Below are positions 54,729 through 64,000 of a stretch of DNA of 64,000 nt, piece after piece. The translations under genes were made by a program, and so were the position numbers. Under the pieces are notes generated by a model, which saw only the letters and a program-made list of their open reading frames with translations, had not been told where the DNA came from and ran no database searches. Origin of the DNA: Zygnema circumcarinatum SAG 698-1b (lineage: Eukaryota > Plantae > Zygnematophyceae); NCBI GenBank assembly GCA_037447605.1, contig CM074820.1:2232001-2296000 (forward strand). Direction: 5' to 3'. The first letter of the stretch is position 1; every line of letters begins with the position of its first letter.

Positions 54729-56346
54729 CCTCCTGTCCCGACTGCTCTTCCTTACCTCTTTCACGCTTCGTCCTCTCGGATAGAAGTAGAGTCCGGGTAC
54801 AAAACCTGGAGGCATGTTCGCTAACATTGCCTCTCTCTAGCCGCCTAAGGTCCTTCGACTTGCGTGTACAACACTATCTCCACGAGCCTTCTCCACCGGA
54901 TCGAAAGTGTGCAAAGTGGGAATCGCCTCCGCCGTAATTTTGCGACTCCTCCTCAAGATGCTCTTCCTCGGGCGACTTTCCAACATCAGCTTGCTTGACG
55001 CAGCCTGCTGGCTCGGCTCTTCACTCGCGGATGTGTCGCACTCGCGACAAAGGACATCACGCCCACTGCCTCTCCCTCCTCATACACGCATCCGAAATCC
55101 ACTTTCGCCGAGGTGAAAGATCCGAGATTCCAACACGCCCAACAAAGACTTCCCTCATCAACCGGTGAATGTCCCTCGTGCTCGTGACCTCTCCGCAATG
55201 AGAGGGTCTCCACACCATATGTGCGGCCGGTGTTATAGCCGAGAACAACCCTCCACCGCCGTCAAACTTCTTCTCGCCGTGCCTTGGGCGCGCGCCTCAA
55301 AGATCGCTGCGCCAAAGGTCCTCGTGGGAAATCAGGGCTTCCTCCCACTCCACATTTGCTCGGGACCCGTCTTTCAAAAACGTAAGACTACATCATTTCT
55401 AATGTACGCATCAAAGAGGAAACTTCTCCCAAAGAAAGTTGGAGCGGGGGAATTGTCAACATATACCAGCCATGTCCCCAATGTCCGGACATTTCACCGC
55501 CACCGCTTCCATTGCTCAGGGGAATAGGGTGACTCATGCCTATACCGCCGTTCTTCAGTATCCGCCGAACTTCGATTTTGAATTCGCCGCCATTGTTCTG
55601 GTGCGTAAAGCCTTCGCCCGACTGCCTCACAAGTTCAAACGGTCGAAGCAGTTCAAAGCCTCCCGGAATTTGCTCCTGAGGAGCTGCATCCAAATCTTCT
55701 CGAGTAATCGCCGCAGGAACGACAAAGTAACGCAGTTCGCCAGCGGTCGCCGGTAATTGGGCCACACAAGTCAATGTACCACCCTTAACTCTCTGGCGCC
55801 GAGCAGATACTGCTTCACTCATCTAATGGTTCTCAGGTGTTTGCTCCTCCACACACTCCTCGGGTACTAAGTTTCCTTTCTCCACTACACCTGTCTAGCC
55901 CACGGACTAACCCCTTCACAGCCAACTGCTGCATTCCTCTATGGTGTAAGTGACCAAGTCTTCTATGCCATACATCTACGGCATTCTCTGAGATTGCATT
56001 GACATGCTCATAATTCTCCCTTTTGTAATCAAGAAAATACAGCCCTCCACTCTCATAACCCCTGAACAACTGTCTCCCAGTTTCTGTATGGATGGCCACG
56101 CATGACTTCTCCTCAAACAGAACACTGTATCCTTTCTTACACACTTGGCTAACAGACATGAAATTCTGCTTTAGCTCAGGGGTGTGAAGAACGTCACCAA
56201 TTGACAACTTCTCTTGTATGTCTTCTTCATTGATGACCGAGCCGTCTCCGAGTACCATCCTCACGGCTCCACCTCTCGTCACGGTGACTCCTTCACCGGT
56301 TGCTGAATGGACTGAGCGTGTCTTCTCAAAGTTGTCGAGCTTGGAG
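54729..56346 (-). mobile_element. Variant B copia integrase, GAG-pre-integrase and protease C-terminal region
   Basis: DVLHTPELKQNFMSVSQ and WHRRLGHL, with an integrase core. It is clearly diverged from the family A equivalents at ~51-52.5 kb and ~59.3-61 kb. Confidence 0.75.
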
Positions 56347-57510
56347 TGTTAGTGTTAGTGTATGATAGTTAGACATTGTATGGCACACACTAACTTGTTG
56401 TGGTACTCAGTTTGTAGAACATGAGATCTGCTAGGCGTAGTGCTCTTAGATTTAGGAATGTCGGTGCTCTGACTTAGGTGAGTGCGCCGCGAGTGCGCGG
56501 AGTACGAACGAGCGGCGCTGATTGGACGCGGCGCTGACACATGTGCGCGGAGAACGGACGCGCAACTTTGATTGGTCGAGGCGCGGCCGCGGATTCGCGA
56601 AGTACGGACGCNNNNNNNNNNCATGTGTTGAGGTAGAGGAGGAGTTCATGGAGGCAGTAAGTGCTTGGCTACTGCAGTCGGGGTGTAGGCTATCAGAGAA
56701 TAGGATAGCGCTCATGTGAGGAGGAGAATCTAGCATAAGGGATTATGTAGATTTCCTCAAAGAGCTTGTATTACACTCTTGAAGTTTAAGGAGTTTTATG
56801 GCCGTGGGCTTTCTCCTTATTACTGCATCATTTATCATGTGAGTCCTCGTGTTGGATTGACGTGGTGGATGAGTGGAGGCAGCCATTGTATGGGCGGTGT
56901 GTTGCTCCACACGAGGAGATCATTGGAGGAGCGTGGACTTGAGGAGCCGAGACCATGGAGGAGTTGAAGTGTTCTTGTAGGTGTCGCTTTTAGTTTTCCG
57001 CTGTGCGCACCTGGCAAGGGGTGGATGGAAGGCAGTTTGTGGAGGAAGCGGTATGTGGCCCAAGTGGAAGATGAAGAAAGTTTTGAGCTTCATCCGGGCA
57101 TGTATTTATCCCTTCCTTGAAGTCTGCCCTCTGGGCCCCTTGCACCAACAAGTGGTATCAGAGCTAACGGTTGAAGTCTTGGAGCATCTAGTGCTTAAAG
57201 TTCAGTCTTAGAGCTTATAGTTGTAATCCGAAAGAGTACCAAGTGAGAGTGAGGGTCTTGGAGCATACTAGAGTGGGGGGTTGCAGATCCTTGAGAGTAT
57301 GAGTTCCAAAGGGATAGATCCTTGACTAGAGAAAGAGCTGAAGATGTAGTTCTTTGGGGGAGCTGAATAGTTGGCTCAACGGTACTCAAGAGGATAGCTA
57401 TGGTCAAACTCGGAGTCACGTTTTTTGGTTTCGTTTGTAGCAAGCAAGTTGCTGGAATACTCAGTTTTGAGTAGTCACAAGGAGAGGATGCGTTTGGAGT
57501 ACTAGTCTTN
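56347..57510 (+). mobile_element. Oppositely oriented LTR element (variant C): LTR 56347-57150, PBS 57153-57164, non-coding leader to the gap
   Basis: It starts TGTTAGTGTTAGTGTATGATAG (same as family A) and ends ...GCACCAACA, followed by AG-TGGTATCAGAGC. No ORF is evident before the gap. Confidence 0.8.
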
Positions 57511-57519
57511 NNNNNNNNN

Positions 57520-60500
57520 GACGGATGACGATGCTCCTCCACCCCGATCTTGGGTGTTCTTGTTCTTGTAACAGTCGGCCGAGAAGTGGCCCGTCTTGCC
57601 GCACGTGTAACACGCTCCCGCAGGGCGTTCCCCACGGTCTGCTCTCGGCGCACCTCCTCTTCGAACTTGTCGTGAGTGCAGCGCCAACACCTTCTCCTCG
57701 GTGCCCCCAACGTCTGCATCTGCTGTTCACTAGTAGTGTCTCCCCACTGACCCCCTTGGTCAACATGTCTGCAGCCTGCTCTTTTGTTCCTACAAACTTC
57801 ACCACTATCATCCCTTCCTCTACCAACTCTCGCACATAATGATATTGCACCCTAATGTGCTTGGTTCTCTTATGAAACACAGGGTTCTCCATGAGGGCTA
57901 TAGATGACTGGTTGTCCGTAAAAAGAGTCAATGGTGTTTGTGGTTGCTTACATTCATCAAAGAAATGTTGGAACCACATCCCCTCCTTCGCTGCATGGCA
58001 CGCTCCCATGTACTCTCCTTCGGTGCTCGACAGCGCCACCGAATCTTGTAACTTCGAGCTCCATGAGATCGCGCCTCCTCCGTTCAGGAACACAAATCCT
58101 GACGTCGATCGTGACGTGTCCACATCACCTCCCCAATCCAGTGATTGTACTGCGTCCGCTCTGGTTGGCCCCCTCTCAAATCAGAGACCGTAATCCAAGG
58201 TCCCTTTCACGAATCTGAAAATCCGCTTCACGGCCTCCCAATGTTCAAGACTGGGATTCTCCATGAACCGACTTGCTGAGCTCGCGGCTTTTGCCAAGTC
58301 AGGACGAGTACCTATCATCAGATACATTAAACTCCCGATTGCCGATCTGTACGGCACTCCGTACATTCTCTGTACCTCCGCATCTGTCGCCGGCATCATA
58401 TCTTTCGACAATCGCGTTCCGATTTCCATCGGACTCGAACAAGGACGGCACTCCTCCATTTTGAACCTGGCAAGTACATCTGCGGCGTACTTCTTTTGAC
58501 AAAGAAATAAGCTACCGTCCTGCCCCCTCTTCAACTGCATTCCTAGAAGATACTGCGCCTCCCCTAGATCCGACATTTTGAAGTTAGCTTCCAAAAGCTG
58601 CTTCAAATCATTGATTCTCTCGATGAGGAGGCTCACCTGTTATGAAATTAGATCCGCGTAGATCCCCAGCGTACATGAGATCCGCCTAACTGCTCGCCCC
58701 GGCCGATTTGCGGAATTGATAAGTCTCGAATCAGCGCCAAATCCGTTACTCTGCGGGGAGGGTCATCAATTTTCTGCGTGCAAATCGCAGGCGCTTTTGT
58801 TTCAGTCGTACAAGAGCTCTTCACAAGGCGACAAACGAGATGCTCTGGCGGGACAACTTTCGCCGGGCTGTACCATGTAGATCTCACCGGCGAGATCTCG
58901 CGTGCCGAAGCTTAGCGGTCGCGATGCTCGAGTTGATATGCGTGCATCCCTCTCGGCTAGCTGCGATGATATTAGAGACGCGGAGGGAGTTGAACTTCAC
59001 CGCGAGAAGGTCTCAGGTGTAGTGGAAGTGTTTCCGTCGCACGCCTGGGCTGAAGCCCTTCGCCACCAGCCGCGCCCGCTTGTATCGATTAAAACACTCC
59101 GGAGTCCGCCTTTAACTTCACCTTGAACACCCGCCTCGATGGCCCTCCTTCCGGCAGCTCCTCAAATTAAGCCATGTGCGTTCTCCGGCAAAGCTGTCCA
59201 CTTCGGCCGATTCTTTGCTCACCACTTCTCTCCATCGACCCGTCATTAAGCACCTCAAAAGGTTTGCGGTTGGGTGATCATAAGCTTGGTGGCTGACTCA
59301 TAGTCGGTGAGTCTGTAGGCACTCTTTCTGTACTAGGTTGAGCCTGCGAAGGCCTGTAGTGATCAGGCCTCCCTCACCTACAGATTGCTCCTCGAGGTCC
59401 CTTGCGCTCTCGACTCCTGCGTGTTGAAGAAAATCCACGAGGACAAACCCGGGAGGCATGCTCGACAACATAGCCTCTCTCTCGGTAGTCTCCAAATCCT
59501 CGGACTCTGCCCATGCAAAGATGCAGTTTGGCCGAGTTCTCTCCTCGTCGGACGGTGAGTGTGTAGTGGTCGCGGAGTCTCGAGATGCGAAGGTTGCTTG
59601 GCTCCCCGGCTTCGAGTTCAACTCCACGGCCGCCTCCCGTTCGGTTGCTTAAACCGGCTCCTACGCTCTCGAGGCGTCTTTGATCCTCACGGAGCTAGGA
59701 CACGAGGCGTCCATGCCTTCTTCGCTGGTCTCCACATCCTCGTACACAATTTCCAAACCTGCCTTTGGGGTGCGGGTCTCACCTAGCAGTCACGCCCCCT
59801 CGTCCAAATGCGTCTCTCGAGCTCACACTTGTTTGCTCGAGGGTTCACCGTGGAGTCTTATTTGTCCATGTTATGTGGCCAGAAGGTACCCTTCCCGCGG
59901 CTCGAGATCAAACTTTCTCTCTACGCGCAAGCCCCGGCGCACAATGGAGCCAGCGCTCAAGGTCTTGGTGGGACCGCGGTGTTAAGGTTTCTCCCACTCC
60001 CACACATAGCCAAGAACCACGATCTTTAAGCCTGAGAAGATGGGCATCTATTTCTAAGGTAAGTTGCGGTCATTACCGCCTCTCCCCAAAAAGATGCCGG
60101 GAAGGGGAATCTATCAGCATGGTCCGCGCCATGTCCCCCAACGTCCTATTGACCCTCTCAGCAGCTCCATTACTTTGAGGGGAGTAAGGAGCAGAAAATT
60201 CATGCCTTATTCCGCGAGCCTTCAAGTACCCGCCGAACTCCTTCGACTTGAATTCCCTCCGTTGTCGGCGCCCGGCGTCTGATTTCGACCGCTCTCTTCG
60301 CTCCATAAAGATGCATGCCAATCTTTGAGCGCTCCAGCTTGAGATTTGGCAGAATTTTTCTTTAAATTTTCCTCGAAAAATCGTAGAGGAAGGTGATTAA
60401 GTAGCGAGCTCCTCCGCTCGTTGCCGTTGTCACGGGTCCACACAAATCGGTATGTACCAATTCCAGTTTCTCCTGCGTGTGAAATGACTCCTCTCCACTC

Positions 60501-63044
60501 CTCGAAAAGGGTCTCCGATGCGCCTTCCCCTCTACACACTCTTTGCAAAAGCCTAGCTCCTTCTCAACTACGTCAACGTCTAACCCGCGGACCAGCCCCT
60601 TTGCAGCAAGCTGTTGCAGTCCCCTATGGTTTAGATGACCAAGTCTACGATGCCAAAGATTTACTGCACCCTCAGTTACAGCCATCACACCCTCATCTTC
60701 TTCTCTCACATAATGAAGGTATCACAGGCCTCCTTCTCATACCCCTCAAACAGCCGCTTCCCCGACTCCAAGTGAGTAGCTACGCAAGACTTCTCCTTAA
60801 AGGTGACTTCGTACCCCCTCTTACATACTTGACTGACTGACATGAAGTTCTGTTTCAGATCAGGGGTGTGAAGTACGTCACCGATGCACAACCGCTCTTC
60901 TCTTTCTTCTTCGTAGATGATAGAGCCGTCTCCGAGGATCATCTTTACTACACCTCCTTTTGTAGCTGTCACTCCTCTCGGTTGCAGTGAGCAGTCTGGG
61001 TCCTCTCAAGGTGTCGGCGTAGAGAACATTAAACTGTGCGCCACACGTATGCGTGGAGGCGCCCGAGTCGTCGACCATGGCCGCCGGATCCGTAACCTGG
61101 ATCTTCCCAACAAAATCAGAATGTTCAGTCAGCATGAGATTCGTCTCCACCGCCACTCTGCAATCTGTGCTCTTGTGGCCTCGCTTCTTGCATTTAAAGC
61201 AGATTCCCTTGAATCCCTTCTTGACGGATGACGATGCTCCTCCACCCCGATCTTGGGTGTTCTTGTTCTTGTAACAGTTGGCCGAGAAGTGGCCCGTTTT
61301 GCCGCACGTGTAACATGCTCCCGCAGGGCGTTCCCCTTGGTCTGCCCTCGGTGCACCTCCTCTTCGAGCTTGACGTGAGTGCAGCGCCAACACCTTCTCC
61401 TTGGTGCCTCCAACGTCTTGGACAGTGTTCTCCTCCTTGATCCTCCGTTTCACTTGCTCAAGGGTCATCACGGTGTTCGTTAGAACAGTCCTAAGAGCTC
61501 CAACTGCTACATCAAATCGGCCAGGTAGTCCCCCTAGAAACTGGCTGATTTTATGGTCTCCCTCTAACGGTTTTTGCAGCGCTATAAATCTCTCCATTAG
61601 AGTATCAAATCTGACCATATATTCACTCAGCTTCTCTTCCGAGGACATCTTCATTTTCCCAAGCTGCGTGTAAAGGCTAACTATCGTTACATTATCCTTT
61701 ACGTCATACATCTCCTCTAAGCATCTCCACATAGCATGTGAAGTCTTAAGGTCATACAGCATGGAAGAGGGACTTCCCCTCACGCTCATGACGATCTGGG
61801 TGAGGGCCTTGTTGTCCTTGGTCCTCCATCTGGCGAGGCAATGTGAACTCCATTGCCGCTCCGTGGCTCCCTCGGCTGCGGTGCCTTGATGGTGCGTCAA
61901 CGTACTAGCGGCCCTTGCACCCACGAGCAAGGAACTAGCCGCCATCTCCACCTTGTAGTCCGAACCATCGAACGCTGGGATGCTGAACTTCACGTGGTCT
62001 TCCTCGCCACCTTGGGCTCTGATACCACTTGTTGAAGCAGGGGTTTGCTCCCCACTTCCGGCGCCACCTTGGGTGTCGCCCTCCATTGGAACTTGAGTTC
62101 CCACGGATGAAGACATTCAAACACTCAAAGCTCTATCTTACTTCACTCATCGCCCACTAACAAGAATGAAACAAGACAAGCCGCGGCCGGAAATCACGAT
62201 GAGAGAGTGTTAGGAGAGAAAGCTCACGGCTCTAAAAACTCCTTACTATAATAAAAGCTGTCTTCCCACAATGAGAGTTCTCCCACTTCTTCAAGGTCCC
62301 TCTCACTCACTACCTCCACGACCTGAAGTGTAGGCAGCTAGCGGCCTGGCGAGGCCGCAGAGGCAAGACCCGAGACTATGACAAAGTAGTGTGGGTGGGA
62401 CACTTCCCATAATAAACTATACCTTTATATAATATGGCGTCCGTGGCTATTGACACACATAACCGCGTCGCGTCATAAATGCAAACCATGCAGTGCGAGT
62501 GGGCACTACGGGGAATAGCTGACCGGCTAGGCGCCTGCGTAAACCTCACGGCGTAGCCGACCTAGTTCTTAATGCGTACCATTGTCCGTGCAGTATAAGC
62601 CATTGCGCCCGGCGCTCCTTCCCGGTCTTAAGCCCTTGAGCACCTCGGCCGTACACTCGAACTTCAGCGGACCCACATTGCGAGTGGTCCACGTCGTATT
62701 CAGGTTCGCCGAATATCTTCTATATTACCGTTTCAGCCTTAACTTTCGCGCTCAGCGTTCAGCGCCCGCGCGCGTTTCAATCAAAGTGCGGCGTCCGTGC
62801 CAGCGAATCAGCGGCGGCGCTCGGTAATCAAAGTTGCTGGCGTCCAGTTCTCGGCGCGTAATGTGTGGCCGTCAATCAGCGCCTTCGTTATTCCTCCGGC
62901 GCGCTTTCAGCGCACTCTTTGAGTTAGAGCACCGACATTTCGTCTAAGAGCACTACTGCGCGGATCTCATGTTCACCACAAGCGGAGTACCCGCAACAAA
63001 TTGAGTGTGGTACCCATACAATGTCTAACTATCATACACTAACA
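57520..63044 (-). mobile_element. Family A copia element: RNase H, RT, integrase, protease, Gag, PBS 62016-62027, 5' LTR 62030-63044; preceded by a stray Gag zinc-knuckle piece (57520-~57712)
   Basis: Gag ORF 60878-62116 has CYTCGKTGHFSANC, CFKCKKRGHKSTDC and the protease motif VDDSGAS. Also WHRRLGHL, ELVHTDLCGP, PQSNGAAER and RNase H TDNQSSIAL. The PBS is a perfect TGGTATCAGAGC. No 3' LTR is visible. Confidence 0.88.
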
Positions 63045-63399
63045 CCAATGTAGCCTTCCACTAACACGAATGCATTTGTGCCGCGACTATCCGTGCAAGA
63101 TGCCGCAGGCCGCTACTCAAAGGGTTCTCATACATTCAGCCTTCCGGCCGAGCAACCCAATCGGCAAATAAAACCTTTGGAGGAACTCGCATCAACAAGG
63201 TCACGCTTGTGACAGTGGTCTCTGGGTTGAGAGGAACGCCGGGCTGGCGGTGGTCGCTGACCGCCGGTGACTGGCTGCCCCTCTAAATAGCACCGCCATG
63301 TCCTCGGGAGCGTGGACCAATCGCAGCGCCTCGCTCTCATGCGTAATAGTTGGCGCCAACGGATTCATTTTATGCTTTCATACTAAAGGTGTCAATGGA

Positions 63400-64000
63400 G
63401 AGATTTATACGCCGCAAAAACCGGGTAGAGGGAGATCATAAAATCAGCCGCTTCTAGGGGATCGTCTCGGCCGATTTGATGCAAGAAGGTAGCCTTAGGA
63501 TCAAGTTTCTAACGAATACCGTGATGGCCCTGAGCAAGGGAACGGAGGATCAAGGGTGAGAACACTGCCCAAGACGTTGAGGCACCGAGGAGAAGGTGTT
63601 ACGCCGCGACTACCTACAAGTTCAAGAGGAGGTGCGCCGAGAGCGCATCATGGGGAACACTATGAGCGCAGTTACACGGCGCAAGACGGGCCACGCCGCA
63701 TCGTTACAAGAACAAGAACACCTAAGATCGGGTGGAGGAGCATCGCCATCCGCCAAGAAGCGGATTCAAGGGAATCTCGCTTAATGCAAGAAGCGAAAAG
63801 GCCACAAGAGCACAGACAGGTGAGTATGGTGGAGACTAATCTCATGCCGATCAACATTCCGATTTTGCTGGGAAGATCCGTGCTACTTGACCAAGCGCCA
63901 TGGTCGACGACTCGCGCTTCCACGCGACATGTGGCGACAAGCCAATGTTCTACGCCGACACCTTGAGTAGGGACTGTGATTCGCTCACTTCAAGAAATCG
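63400..64000 (+). mobile_element. Degraded family A gag fragment in opposite orientation
   Basis: Similar to the reverse complement of 61000-61560 (acaagaacaagaacac..aagatcgggtggaggagcatcg), with many indels. Confidence 0.7.

Noticed and set aside
57520-57730. Novel gag-RNase H fusion ORF (57461-58123)
   Set aside because: The junction has no LTR or TSD, lies next to a gap in indel-rich sequence, and is probably a chimeric assembly.
48400-64000. Frameshifts as evidence of programmed frameshifting or old age
   Set aside because: Indels and substitutions are scattered and differ between copies, consistent with unpolished consensus, so no conclusion can be drawn.

Overview
This is eukaryotic nuclear DNA, most likely from a streptophyte green alga. 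That is an inference from the land-plant-type gene set, GC-rich exons and microsatellite-rich introns. The window has three parts. (1) 1-3.4 kb: retroelement debris, namely a putative LTR-element 5' end and a truncated non-LTR RT fragment, plus a 1.19-kb duplication across an N gap. (2) 3.4-41.7 kb: five intron-rich genes: F-box/LRR (+), CAS/At3g59780-like rhodanese protein (-), cytosolic HSP90 with HSEs (-), xylulose kinase (-) and SABRE/KIP-like BLTP2 (+). (3) 42-64 kb: an abrupt switch to a homogeneous 174-bp tandem satellite (10+ monomers, partial trimer periodicity, one diverged inverted monomer at its edge). The satellite is interrupted by a ~20-kb nest of Ty1/copia elements of at least three LTR variants. 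The most interesting signals are this satellite plus nested copia island (candidate centromere-like unit or transposon-borne satellite) and a Gag N-terminus encoded inside the LTR and conserved between two copia variants. Sequence beyond ~48.4 kb is indel-rich and probably poorly polished, so fine structure there is uncertain.
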